From the NCBI GenBank assembly GCA_041483895.1, contig JBGPGO010000009.1, forward strand, positions 64,001 to 128,000: a stretch of 64,000 nucleotides of DNA. Reading direction: 5' to 3'. Made by a program: the position numbers and the translations under genes. Below, one piece after another: positions 43,222-53,286 of this stretch (the stretch's first letter is position 1; every line of letters starts with the position of its first letter). The notes beneath the pieces were generated by a model. That model worked only from the letters and a program-made list of their open reading frames with translations, had not been told where the DNA came from and made no database searches. This DNA comes from Fimbriimonadia bacterium. Its GTDB lineage: Bacteria > Armatimonadota > Fimbriimonadia > Fimbriimonadales > JABRVX01.

Positions 43222-44007
43222 TTGAGGACTGCAATTCAACCCCTGACATGGGGCAATACCTCGTTCGAGGAAATCTGTAAGGAGATCGCTGCAGCGGGAT
43301 ACCAGGGCGTGGAGCCTTGGGTGGAAAACTATCTGGACGATCTCAGCCCTCTGCGTGACATCCTCGCGGCAAACAACCTTGCCTGCACGACCACTTACCG
43401 CGGTCTCAACCTCATGGACCCGTCCACCCGAGAGGATGAGATGGCGAAAGAGATGCGGTTTGCCAAGGCGCTGCGGGAGCTGGACGCGGAGGTTATTATT
43501 GTCTCGTCGCCTTCCCGACGGGTGGAGCGAAACGTGTCGCATGATCCCGCGATCATCCGTGAGTTTGCCAACCATGTCAACGAATTGTGCCGGCGCATCA
43601 AGGACGAAACCGGCGTGAAGGCGGTCTTCCACAACCACATCGGGACGCTCGTGGAGCGGCCGGAAGAGATCGACCACTTCATGGAATACACCTCGCCAGA
43701 CCTGTTGTACGGTGGTTTCGACACCGCGCAGCTATCAGCGGGCGGGGCCGATCCGGTCGAGTATTTTGTCCGCTATGCGCCCCGGATCAAGTATGTGCAC
43801 CTGAAGGATCGCCAGGTGGGGCGGCCGACGTACGGGAACTTCTGCGAGTTGGGATTAGGCTTCATCGACATCAAGACCTGTGTCCAGGTGTTGAAGGATG
43901 CCGGGTACGACGGCTGGCTGACTGCCGAGGTGGACCAGTCGCTCACAACCCCATACGACAGCGCCGTCACCTGCCGGGAGTATCTTCGAACCCACTGCGG
44001 CGTGTAG
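43222..44007 (+). CDS. Sugar phosphate isomerase/epimerase (IolE-like TIM barrel)
   Basis: GYQGVE, FHNHIGT, FDTAQ, YVHLKD, GWLTAEVD; TTG start after GGAG, alternative start 43198. Confidence 0.85.
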   Translation: MRTAIQPLTWGNTSFEEICKEIAAAGYQGVEPWVENYLDDLSPLRDILAANNLACTTTYRGLNLMDPSTREDEMAKEMRFAKALRELDAEVIIVSSPSRRVERNVSHDPAIIREFANHVNELCRRIKDETGVKAVFHNHIGTLVERPEEIDHFMEYTSPDLLYGGFDTAQLSAGGADPVEYFVRYAPRIKYVHLKDRQVGRPTYGNFCELGLGFIDIKTCVQVLKDAGYDGWLTAEVDQSLTTPYDSAVTCREYLRTHCGV

Positions 44008-44020
44008 CTGGTTTCCGCAA

Positions 44021-44123
44021 TAGGACTTATACGACCTATAGGACCTATATTTTGCCGGCAGGATGCCGGGGTTACGTGAGGCTGAACTCCAGACGTGTTG
44101 CCGGCAGGATGCCGGCAACACGT
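44021..44123. repeat. 9-bp tandem repeat and TGCCGGCAGGATGCCGG hairpins
   Basis: TAGGACTTA-TACGACCTA-TAGGACCTA; near-perfect hairpin 44093-44123. Confidence 0.7.
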
Positions 44124-44280
44124 GGGCCGAAAGGCCCATTTGCGTGGCGGGCATTCCAAGGATGCGTTATAATGCCCCTTCGCTGGCAGAACCTGCCGGC
44201 CAAATTTCTCCCAAGGAGGCGTCAGCATGATTAGGACAATACCAACAACCAGCGCGGGAAGCGTCGCCTCCGCCGCCGCT

Positions 44281-44530
44281 CGGTAGCCGCAAGCTTCAGC
44301 TTGCGCTTCTGACATACAGCGACCACGGTCGCGACATCTCCGAAACATTCGAACATCATTTCGACCCATCTTTGCGCCTTAAGCTCGTCCGGTAGCCGCA
44401 AGCTTCAGCTTGCGCAGTACGTTGACGATTCGATCGTCAATTAAATAGAAATTACCGAACGGGAACGCAAGCTAAAGCTTGCGGCCACGGTGGCCATGAT
44501 TGGGACGCAAGCTAAAGCTTGCGGCTACCG
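44281..44530. repeat. 250-bp REPIN/MITE-like element with four GTAG-type REP copies
   Basis: CGGTAGCCGCAAGCTTCAGCTTGCG at 44281 and 44390; inverted copies at 44466 and 44506-44530. Confidence 0.85.
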
Positions 44531-44711
44531 TGGACCGTGCGAGAGGCGCGCGTACGATACGAAGGAGATTTCAAAGTGCTTCTTACTCGTGATGATCTGG
44601 CGGAGCTGCTCGCCAATCGCAGCGCTCCGCGGCTCCTGCTCGCCGATCCGGAATGGGTTCGCGAGTGGGAACTGAAATGGGAAGATGCCGAGGCGGCCGG
44701 AGAAGACGAAA

Positions 44712-45665
44712 ATGGCGACTGACATCGCAACCGTCTTCCGGAAGTTCACCGGACGCTACGACGTCCATCTCGATGGGCGGACGCTGTCCTGCACCGTCGT
44801 CGGCATCTTACGGAAAAATCTGGTCCGCTCCAACGACGGTCGGCGCGTCGCCTCCGTCAAAGAGCTCGCCACCAATGAACCTGTCGCGGTTGGGGACCAA
44901 GTGAGAGTTCAGGATCTGGATAACGGATCCGGTCTGATCACTGAGGTCCTCCCGCGCCGGTCCAAGCTGTCGCGACGCGCGCCGGGTTCGCGGCACGTCG
45001 AGCAGGTGATGGTCGCCAACGCGGACCAGGTTGTCGCCGTGTTCGCCGCCGCCAAGCCCGAGCCCAAATGGGGCCTGCTCGACCGGTACCTGATCGAGGC
45101 GGAAGCGGTGGAATTGGAGGCGACAATCTGCATCACAAAGTCAGATCTCGCCGAAGATACGAAGCCGCCGGCCATCTTGGACCTGGAGCGTGTCGGCTAT
45201 CCAACGATTTTCACCAGCACCATCACGATGGCGGGGATTGCAGCGATGAAGGAAGCCCTCCAAGGAAAGGTCTCGGTGTTTGTCGGCAAGTCGGGGGTGG
45301 GAAAAACCTCCCTCCTCAACGCGCTCCAGCCAGGTCTTGGAGCGAAGGTTGGAGAGGTCAGCCCGTCCGTCGGCAAGGGCCGGCACACGACGACCCACCT
45401 CGAAATGTTTCCGCTTGACTTTGGAGGCTTTGTCATCGATACACCCGGAATACGTGAGTTTGGATTGTGGGATATCGCAGGTTCCGAGATGGCGGCGCTG
45501 TTTCGCGAATTTCAGCCGCATCTGGACTCATGCCGATTCGGAGCGAGCTGCAGCCATGCGCATGAGCCGGGCTGCGCGGTCCGCGAGGCGGTCGCCGGTG
45601 GAACGATTAGCGAGCGAAGGTACCGGAGCTATCTTCAGCTCTCCGGCAACAATGCATGCCAATAG
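44712..45665 (+). CDS. rsgA: Ribosome small subunit-dependent GTPase
   Basis: VAVGDQV, ITKSDL, GKSGVGKTSL, GRHTTT, IDTPG, CRF..CSH.HEPGC. Confidence 0.95.
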   Translation: MATDIATVFRKFTGRYDVHLDGRTLSCTVVGILRKNLVRSNDGRRVASVKELATNEPVAVGDQVRVQDLDNGSGLITEVLPRRSKLSRRAPGSRHVEQVMVANADQVVAVFAAAKPEPKWGLLDRYLIEAEAVELEATICITKSDLAEDTKPPAILDLERVGYPTIFTSTITMAGIAAMKEALQGKVSVFVGKSGVGKTSLLNALQPGLGAKVGEVSPSVGKGRHTTTHLEMFPLDFGGFVIDTPGIREFGLWDIAGSEMAALFREFQPHLDSCRFGASCSHAHEPGCAVREAVAGGTISERRYRSYLQLSGNNACQ

Positions 45666-45670
45666 CAAGA

Positions 45671-45702
45671 TTCCGCCCGGCTGAAATACCAACCGGGCGG
45701 AA
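45671..45702. terminator. Hairpin downstream of rsgA
   Basis: TTCCGCCCGG-N12-CCGGGCGGAA; no clear U-tract on the plus strand. Confidence 0.45.
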
Positions 45703-45807
45703 CAAACAGGTATATCAACCGACCAAATCGCAGACAGTTATGCGATTTATCCTTTATAATTGATAAGTTGCGGATATTCGCGTTTGCTTTAACACGGAGG
45801 GGCTAGG

Positions 45808-47898
45808 ATGAAACGAGTGGGTTTCCTTATTGTCGCGGCTTTGGCGGGGTTGCCGGTCGTCGGCCAAATTCAAACAAAATCGGATCGGTTGATCGCGGAA
45901 CGTCTTTCTGTGTCGGAGTGGAACCTTCAGGCCTTCGACCTTCCCGACCGGGTCCAGCCAACTGTCTATGTTCCCATAAAGCTCGGCGGCTTGGACTATC
46001 AGCTCAAGCTATGGCCGCATGATAATCGCGCCAAGGATTTCAAAGTGTTGGTTCAAGGCGCCGACGGCCAACTCCGCGAGGTCGTGCCGCCTGTGCCGCG
46101 AACGTATCAAGGGACGGTCCTCACCGCGGACGGAGAACCGGTCGATGGAACAGTGGTTGCCTGCTCGATCGTCAATCGGCAACTTCGCGGCATGGTCTGG
46201 ATTAATTTCCGCGAGGACCTTCCCGGACCGCAGATACGATATACGATCACTCCTCTCTCTGATATCGATCGATCTGCCGCGAAACCTCTGCACGTTGTCA
46301 CCGACAACTTCGCTCTCAAGTTGCTGCCTTACACATGTGAGGAAGTCCAGATTGAGCACGACGACGGTGGGGACGGCGTATCGATGCAAGCCACAGGAAA
46401 CAAGATCTGTGACATTGCGTTCGATGCCGATTATGAGTTTTATCAGCTCAGTGGCAGCAGTGTGCCGAATGTGGTGTATGACATCGAAAACACGCTGCAA
46501 TCCGTGGAAATGATCTACCAGCGCGATTGCCAGATATCCTATGAAGTGCCGGCAATTATCGTTCGGACGACAGTGAACGATCCATATTCAACTACCGTTG
46601 GCGCGACGGTTCTGTCCCAGATGAGAACGGAGTGGAACAACAATCAGGCATTGATCCGCCGTGACTTGGCGCAATTGATCACTGGGCGCGACCTCGATGG
46701 CACTTTGATCGGCATCTCTTATATTGGCGTAGTGTGCACACTCACTGACGCCTACGGTGTGAATGAGCTAGAGTATTCTCCCTATTTCGAATTGCGAGTC
46801 GCCTTGCTGGCGCATGAGATCGGACATGGTTGGAATGCGGTCCATTGTGTAGAAAACACCGATTGCCACATTATGTGCGCCGTAATCGATTCATGCGACG
46901 GCGTCTTAGGCCCCAATCTTCGTTTCGGCGTCGGCGAAAAGGGATTGATCAATCCGTTCAGAGATTCCCGGACCTGCCTCACGACGGAACCGGATACGCT
47001 GTCCCCGCCGTTTACCGAGGCCTGGCCCGCGGCCGCGATCGATCAGACCCGGTGGACCTACTTCAAGAATCCCTTCGTGGTCTCGAATGCCGTCAACGAA
47101 CCAAGTCCTCTTCTGTCATTGCGATTGCGGGCCGCATCGTCGTTGGCCTATGCGAATGACGAAATTCGAAGCAATTACATCAATATGCTCGGCCAGTCAG
47201 GGTCCGTAATCTCGTTTTGGACGGAGCATGTCGGCGTGGAATCCGGCAAGAAGCTGTACGTCGAGTTTTGGAACCAATCGCAGCTTCGCTGGGATCCGGT
47301 TACGACGCTGACTTCGAACGGTACGGATCAATCGGATTTTGTCAAGACTACGGTCAATATGCCGACGGCGGGCTACTCCAGCAGATTCCGGATTCGCTTC
47401 GTCGCCGGTTCGACTGACACGACCGACAATTGGTACGTTGACGACATTTCGATAAGCGGCGTGCCGTTAGCGACGGTTTCCGGGAACGTAGTGTTGGAGA
47501 ATCTAGCGATCAGCCCGGCGGGCCTTGTGGCGACCTTGCAATTCCGAACGCCGGGAACAACAAACGTCTTCTATAGCAGCAATATCACATTAAATGCCAA
47601 CGGAGACTATTCGTTGGGTACCGTCCCGCCGGGCACATACGATATTGCCCTGAAATTCCCGACTTTCCTTCGCAAAGTCGTGACCAATAAAACGGTCAGC
47701 GGCACGACAACCAACGTCAACTTCGACCTGGTTTGTGGTGATTCGGATGGAAACAATGTCATAGACTTGAAGGATATGAATCCGGTATTTCAGAACTTCC
47801 TGCTGCCGGGTCAGGGCGACGTTAATCTGTCCGGACTCGTCGACCTGCTTGATCTCAACCTGATGTTTGCCAACTTTGGAATGTCAGGAACCAACTAA
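45808..47898 (+). CDS. Secreted M12B (reprolysin-like) zinc metalloprotease with dockerin-like tail, copy 1
   Basis: Signal peptide; AFDADYEFY, HEIGHGWNAVH, CHIMC Met-turn; tail CGDSDGNNVIDLKD. Confidence 0.88.
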   Translation: MKRVGFLIVAALAGLPVVGQIQTKSDRLIAERLSVSEWNLQAFDLPDRVQPTVYVPIKLGGLDYQLKLWPHDNRAKDFKVLVQGADGQLREVVPPVPRTYQGTVLTADGEPVDGTVVACSIVNRQLRGMVWINFREDLPGPQIRYTITPLSDIDRSAAKPLHVVTDNFALKLLPYTCEEVQIEHDDGGDGVSMQATGNKICDIAFDADYEFYQLSGSSVPNVVYDIENTLQSVEMIYQRDCQISYEVPAIIVRTTVNDPYSTTVGATVLSQMRTEWNNNQALIRRDLAQLITGRDLDGTLIGISYIGVVCTLTDAYGVNELEYSPYFELRVALLAHEIGHGWNAVHCVENTDCHIMCAVIDSCDGVLGPNLRFGVGEKGLINPFRDSRTCLTTEPDTLSPPFTEAWPAAAIDQTRWTYFKNPFVVSNAVNEPSPLLSLRLRAASSLAYANDEIRSNYINMLGQSGSVISFWTEHVGVESGKKLYVEFWNQSQLRWDPVTTLTSNGTDQSDFVKTTVNMPTAGYSSRFRIRFVAGSTDTTDNWYVDDISISGVPLATVSGNVVLENLAISPAGLVATLQFRTPGTTNVFYSSNITLNANGDYSLGTVPPGTYDIALKFPTFLRKVVTNKTVSGTTTNVNFDLVCGDSDGNNVIDLKDMNPVFQNFLLPGQGDVNLSGLVDLLDLNLMFANFGMSGTN

Positions 47899-47999
47899 CA
47901 CAACAGGTCGATTATCCACGCTGGAGTTATCGGGCGGGGAACAATATCGAAGGTCAGGATGTCAGATCGGTGGGGTTCATACAACCCCGGAGGTCCAAC

Positions 48000-50069
48000 T
48001 TGAGATATTTCGCCGCCCTCTGTGCCTTGGCAATCGGCTTGGCATCACTGGGCCAGATAGAAACGAAGGCCGACCGCCTGATCCATGACAAGATGATGGT
48101 TTCAGAGTGGACCGTGCAAGCTCTAACGTTGCCAAGAACCGTCCAGCCCACGGTGTTGGTGCCGATCAACTTGGGAGGGCAGGCATTCACCCTGAAGCTC
48201 TGGCCGCACGCATCTCGATCCAAGGATTTCAAGCTCCTCATCCAAGATCGAACCGGATTGCACGAGGAGCCCGCCGCCGCCCCAAGCACATGCAGAGGCA
48301 CGGTACTGGGCGTCGATGGCAGCGCGGTTTCCGGATCGATCGACAACAACCAATTCACCGGCCTCGTCGTCTTCAATTTCACAGGCAAGGAGCCGGGACC
48401 GGAAGTGCGCTATTCCGTGGTACCGCTCAGTCAAATCGACCCGACCGCGGCGAAGCCGCTTCACGTTGTCGCAGACAGTTCCAACCTCCTGCCAACTCCG
48501 TTTCATTGTGGAGTGACGGAAGGTTCCCGCGATAACGACGGTGACGAGGTAATCATCCAAGCGACCGGAGAGAAGATCTGCGATATCGCGTTCGATAGCG
48601 ACTACGAGTTCTATCAGAAGAATGGCAGCAGTGTTCCGAACACGATGAAGGATATCGAGAACGTGATGAATACGGTCGAGTTTGTTTATGAGCGGGATGT
48701 GGATATAACGTATGAGGTAACCACGATCGTTGTCCGTACAATTGCGGCGGATCCGTATACCAGCACCGACCCAAACACGATCTTGACCGAGTTTCAGAAC
48801 GCCTGGAACTCGGGAATGGGGCTGATCCGCAGAGACACGGCGCACATGATGACCGGCAAGGCTATCGATGGAAATGTGATTGGGATCTCCTTTGTTGGAG
48901 TCATATGCAACACATCGTATGGGTATGGACTTGACGAATCGCGATTCTCGAGCAATTTTGATCTACGGGTGGCACTTTCCGCGCACGAGATCGGACACAA
49001 CTGGAATGCCAGCCATTGCAGCGGCTCGGATTGCCACATTATGTGTCCCACAATCAATCAGTGCGGCGGTGTCACCGGGAGCAATCTGAAATTTGGGGCC
49101 GCGGAACAGAGCGAGATTGAGACGTTTCGCGCAACTCTATCCTGCCTCACTACAGAACCCGACTTCCTAAGCCCCCCGTTCTCAGATGCTTTCCCCACCA
49201 GCCTCATCGATTCCAACAAATGGGTGTACGTTTACGGGGCGACCGCGCCAACGACCGCTTCCAATGAGCCCAGTCCATCGAATTCCTTGGACTTGGACGC
49301 AACGGTCTCAGCCGATTATGCCGACGACGAGATCCGAACGCACTTCATCAACCTGTCCGGCCTGTCCGGGCATATTGTCTCCTTCTGGATCGAGCACATC
49401 GGCGTCGAATCCGGAGAATCGCTGAGCGTTGAGTATTGGAACAAAGGACAACTTCGATGGGACGTGCTGACAACGGTCGCGTCGGATGGCGTCGACCAAA
49501 CGAACTTCACATACACTGTGGTGGGGTTACCGGCGGCGGCCTATACCACCGATTTCCGCCTCCGGTTCGTCGCTGTCGTCAATGAGCCGAATGACGACTG
49601 GTACATCGATAATGTATATGTCGGGGCGCCGCTCACCGCGACGGTGCAAGGGAATGTCGATCTTCAGAGCATCGCAATTAGCCCATACGGCCAATCGGCA
49701 ACGATCGAATTCCGATCCCCGAAAACGACGAACCTGGCCTTCAGCGGTCCGGTCTCCTTGGATGGCAACGGAAATTATGGGATCGCGGGCGTGCCGATCG
49801 GCGTGTACGACGTCGCAGTGAAGTTCCCGACATGGCTTCGGCAGGTTTTGCCGAGCCGCACAATCGCCTCACCAAGCACTTCGGGTGTGAACTTCAGTCT
49901 GGTCTGCGGCGATGCGGTCGAAGACAATTCGGTTGACCTGTTAGACCTGAACAGGGTGCTAACAAACTTTGGAGGGTTTGGGGAAGGGGATGTCGATCTG
50001 TCCGGTCTAGTTGATCTCCTCGACCTCAACACCATCATGGCGAACTTCTTAATGGCGGGACAACCGTAG
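48000..50069 (+). CDS. Secreted M12B zinc metalloprotease with dockerin-like tail, copy 2
   Basis: TTG start after GGAGG; HCG possible cysteine switch; HEIGHNWNASH, CHIMC; paralog of the upstream gene. Confidence 0.88.
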   Translation: MRYFAALCALAIGLASLGQIETKADRLIHDKMMVSEWTVQALTLPRTVQPTVLVPINLGGQAFTLKLWPHASRSKDFKLLIQDRTGLHEEPAAAPSTCRGTVLGVDGSAVSGSIDNNQFTGLVVFNFTGKEPGPEVRYSVVPLSQIDPTAAKPLHVVADSSNLLPTPFHCGVTEGSRDNDGDEVIIQATGEKICDIAFDSDYEFYQKNGSSVPNTMKDIENVMNTVEFVYERDVDITYEVTTIVVRTIAADPYTSTDPNTILTEFQNAWNSGMGLIRRDTAHMMTGKAIDGNVIGISFVGVICNTSYGYGLDESRFSSNFDLRVALSAHEIGHNWNASHCSGSDCHIMCPTINQCGGVTGSNLKFGAAEQSEIETFRATLSCLTTEPDFLSPPFSDAFPTSLIDSNKWVYVYGATAPTTASNEPSPSNSLDLDATVSADYADDEIRTHFINLSGLSGHIVSFWIEHIGVESGESLSVEYWNKGQLRWDVLTTVASDGVDQTNFTYTVVGLPAAAYTTDFRLRFVAVVNEPNDDWYIDNVYVGAPLTATVQGNVDLQSIAISPYGQSATIEFRSPKTTNLAFSGPVSLDGNGNYGIAGVPIGVYDVAVKFPTWLRQVLPSRTIASPSTSGVNFSLVCGDAVEDNSVDLLDLNRVLTNFGGFGEGDVDLSGLVDLLDLNTIMANFLMAGQP

Positions 50070-50120
50070 CGCCGGAACAAAGATAGTGCGGCGTGGCGAC
50101 AGCCGCGCCGCATTTCCTTT

Positions 50121-50891
50121 TCAACCGATTCGGAAGTCGGGGCTTCGCTTCTCCAAGAAGGCGGCTACCCCTTCGCGCCCTTCTTCGCTCGCTCGCAAAT
50201 CGGCAATCAGGGCAGCGGCTTCGTCTTTCCCTGAGACTAAATCGCGCAACAGGTCCTTGCATGCCGCGATGGCTGCGGGGCCGTTTTGCAGGATGAGTTT
50301 GACGACGCCGTCCACATCCACATCCAGGCTTTCAGCGGGGGCGATCCGATGGACCAACCCCAAGGTCTTGGCCGTCTGCACATCGAACCGCTCCCCTGTG
50401 ATGAACAGGCACCGCGCCGCGCCAAGGCCGATCTTCTGCACGACATATTGCGAAATGACTGCCGGAGCCAACCCCAGCTTCACTTCGCTAAATCCAAGCG
50501 TGGCGGCCTCTGACGCGATCACGACATCGCACACGGCAGCCAGCCCGACTCCGCCTCCCATCGCCGCGCCGTGCACGCGCGCAATCGTTGCTTTCGGGCA
50601 TCGGTCTATGGCTTCGAACATTTCTTGCAACCGCCGGGCATCGGCCAGGTTCTCTTCGCGCGAAAACCCAGCCATCCGGCGCATCCACTCCAAATCCCCG
50701 CCGGCGCAAAAGGATTTCCCTTCGCCCGAGAGAACGACCACGCGCACCGCATCGTCCTGCCAAAGCTGCCGAAACGCCAAGGTGATCTCGGCTATCAATT
50801 CGTCGTTGAAGGCATTGTGAACCTCGGGCCGATTGAGCCGAACGTCCGCCCTGGGCCCGGCGATTGTGAGGAGGAGGTGCTTGAAACCCAT
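50121..50891 (-). CDS. Enoyl-CoA hydratase family, methylglutaconyl-CoA hydratase-like
   Basis: LNRPEVHNAF, FCAGGDL, HGAAMGGGVGL, FSEVKLGLAP. Confidence 0.9.
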   Translation of the reverse strand: MGFKHLLLTIAGPRADVRLNRPEVHNAFNDELIAEITLAFRQLWQDDAVRVVVLSGEGKSFCAGGDLEWMRRMAGFSREENLADARRLQEMFEAIDRCPKATIARVHGAAMGGGVGLAAVCDVVIASEAATLGFSEVKLGLAPAVISQYVVQKIGLGAARCLFITGERFDVQTAKTLGLVHRIAPAESLDVDVDGVVKLILQNGPAAIAACKDLLRDLVSGKDEAAALIADLRASEEGREGVAAFLEKRSPDFRIG

Positions 50892-50959
50892 AGCACGTTG
50901 TACCCTCCCAAGAACTCATCGGGCAGTTATTGATACTAAAGGGGTGGAGGTGGTACCCC

Positions 50960-51868
50960 ATGATGTCAAGATTGCTGCTTATACTCCTCGTTGGATGCGT
51001 TGTTGGCGGCTGTAGCACGTCGGACCGGACGATCAACTTGGCCGACGGCAAGATAGCGACCGAAACCTCGGAGCGCCTGGCCAAAGGGACCGTTATGGCC
51101 GGTACGGCCACATCGGACGGACGGCTTGCCGCAATTCTGATTGGCAGGGAAAAGGACGGCGGCCTGATCGTACGAGAGATGGACACCGATCGGGTCGTTT
51201 ACAAGCGAACCGTTACCGAAGGGGATCTTTGGATGCCGGTGCTGTTCAATGCGGCGGGGACTGTGTTGTACTGCGAAACGAGCCGCGATAGCGAGTCCGG
51301 ATTTGGCTCCATTGATCTGGCGACCGGTCAAGAGACATTCGTGCCCGCCGCGACAACCCTGAAAACCGACATAATCTCGCCGCGCGGACAAAACCAGGAC
51401 TGCACGCTCGCGATTTGCGGCATCGGGGTCATCACCCAGGACGGCAAGCTCCTGCCTGTTCCCGATAGGAAGTTGAGCCGGTCGGACGCGTACTTTGATG
51501 AATGGGGAAACATCTGGATTCGAATCGGCAGATCGTACACAGAGTATTGCCGCGATGGCTCAGTCCGCTCCGGGCTGCGGAGGCCGAGGTACCTTGTGCA
51601 AGACCCGAGCAAGGCGCGCGGATCGATGACCCTGGAGCGGCAGGAAATACAGTTCCGGTACAAGGATTCCGGCGCGCTTGTCACCGCTATCTGGCTTGTC
51701 CACGCGAAGGCTGTACAGCGGCCGAACGGTGGCGCCTGGCGGGCGGCGTTGGTGGATGCCGCGCCGGATGTGTGGGACTTCGGCTTCTTCCCCAGCCGCG
51801 ATGCGATATGGGTTGTGACGCAGATTGATCTGCGGATTGTCCCATTTACAAAGACGTCGGCGCCCTAG
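50960..51868 (+). CDS. Putative lipoprotein
   Basis: MMSRLLLILLVGCVVGG-C lipobox-like; beta-rich. Confidence 0.65.
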   Translation: MMSRLLLILLVGCVVGGCSTSDRTINLADGKIATETSERLAKGTVMAGTATSDGRLAAILIGREKDGGLIVREMDTDRVVYKRTVTEGDLWMPVLFNAAGTVLYCETSRDSESGFGSIDLATGQETFVPAATTLKTDIISPRGQNQDCTLAICGIGVITQDGKLLPVPDRKLSRSDAYFDEWGNIWIRIGRSYTEYCRDGSVRSGLRRPRYLVQDPSKARGSMTLERQEIQFRYKDSGALVTAIWLVHAKAVQRPNGGAWRAALVDAAPDVWDFGFFPSRDAIWVVTQIDLRIVPFTKTSAP

Positions 51869-51874
51869 CCTGGG

Positions 51875-53221
51875 TTATTTGCTCCTGGTCCGCCGGGCCA
51901 CGAGCAGCCCGAGGCCAAATCCTGCCAGAACGATCCCTCCCGGCTCCGGCACTGGCGAGGAGAGGACGTAGGCGAAAGTGTGGTCGGGATGGACGATCTG
52001 CCACAGGACTTGGCCGTTCGGCCCGATGGCCATTCCCGTGCTGGAATCATAGGCTTGGCCCTGCAAATAATCCTGTGTCAAATTGAATCCATTGACGAAC
52101 GTGTCCACCCTATGATTCGTGAGCGGCCCGCTGCCGGACCAGAGGGCGTTCCCCAACTCGTCGATCCCATAACAATAGAGCCGATCGGTGATCGGCGTCT
52201 GCGGGCCGAGCAGAGCGCTGGAGATGTCCGTCTGGTTCTTCGCGATGACGTGACTGCTGTCTACCACGTCAGAGGCCAGCCAAACGACGTTGCCGGATTC
52301 GGACAGGAAGGTCAAGCCCTGTGGCGCCTGATACTGGTCCGCATGGCCGTCGATGTGGGAAAGATCCCTGCCGTCCACCTGAAGGAAGCCAACGCCGCGC
52401 GTCAAGGCGAGCCATGCGATGTGGCCGGAGTTGGTGATCTTGACGGCGACCGCCGCGGGCCTGTCGGTGTACTGACTCCGCGCGTAGACCTGGTCGTTCA
52501 AGAATACGGCGCCCTCCCGGCCGGTGTTGTCACCACCGCCATCCCACAACAGATCGTTATGATCGTTGAGGCTGAATTCGCCGGTATAGCGATTCCCTCC
52601 CAAGATGGCCGAAGAGTAGTTGACACCGTCGTGGAACAGATCGTAAACGCCGCCGGTCAGGCCGGAGAACGCTTGGAACGCCATGTCTCCAGACCTGGTG
52701 ACGGCGGCGCGCTGGGAAGAGAAGTCGTACAGTTTCATGCCGACGTAAATCTCCTTGTCGCCAAGGAATAATCGCGCATACTGGCCGGGAGAGCTGGCAA
52801 CCCAAAAAGGTCTTCCTTGACCGTCGATGCCCAAGACGCCAGCATCGTCCGGCGGCAGGCCCGGTGGCAGGACGTCCGCATAATAGTCGTGTCCATCCAC
52901 CATCGCGTGCAGAGAGGTCGAGTCCAACCCAATCCAGGCCACTTGGCCGTGATCATTGATCGCTCGAGTAAAGCCCTGACTCGGACCGGGAAATGCCGCT
53001 TGAGTCAAATTGGTCTTGTATCGAAATGCCTGCGGCAGCACATTCGATGCGCCAGGCACGTGCGTGTAAGCGGTGTATATTGGAATTCCGTCCCTGTTCA
53101 CCGCGAAGTACGCGGTGCCTCTCGTCACACCATCAATGAGAACATTATGCTTCCATTCGCTTTGTCCAGACGCGGCGAAGACCATTAGGACGACGCAGAT
53201 CAGGATCGTTATCGATTTCAT
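51875..53221 (-). CDS. PEP-CTERM surface protein with beta repeats
   Basis: Signal peptide; INDHGQVAW-type repeats; VPEPGG-TM-RR. Confidence 0.85.
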   Translation of the reverse strand: MKSITILICVVLMVFAASGQSEWKHNVLIDGVTRGTAYFAVNRDGIPIYTAYTHVPGASNVLPQAFRYKTNLTQAAFPGPSQGFTRAINDHGQVAWIGLDSTSLHAMVDGHDYYADVLPPGLPPDDAGVLGIDGQGRPFWVASSPGQYARLFLGDKEIYVGMKLYDFSSQRAAVTRSGDMAFQAFSGLTGGVYDLFHDGVNYSSAILGGNRYTGEFSLNDHNDLLWDGGGDNTGREGAVFLNDQVYARSQYTDRPAAVAVKITNSGHIAWLALTRGVGFLQVDGRDLSHIDGHADQYQAPQGLTFLSESGNVVWLASDVVDSSHVIAKNQTDISSALLGPQTPITDRLYCYGIDELGNALWSGSGPLTNHRVDTFVNGFNLTQDYLQGQAYDSSTGMAIGPNGQVLWQIVHPDHTFAYVLSSPVPEPGGIVLAGFGLGLLVARRTRSK

Positions 53222-53286
53222 TTCATTTGACTCCTGAAGGGCTCCCCCGCGCTGTCGCGCGGGGGAGCATTGCACAGCAGGTAGGC

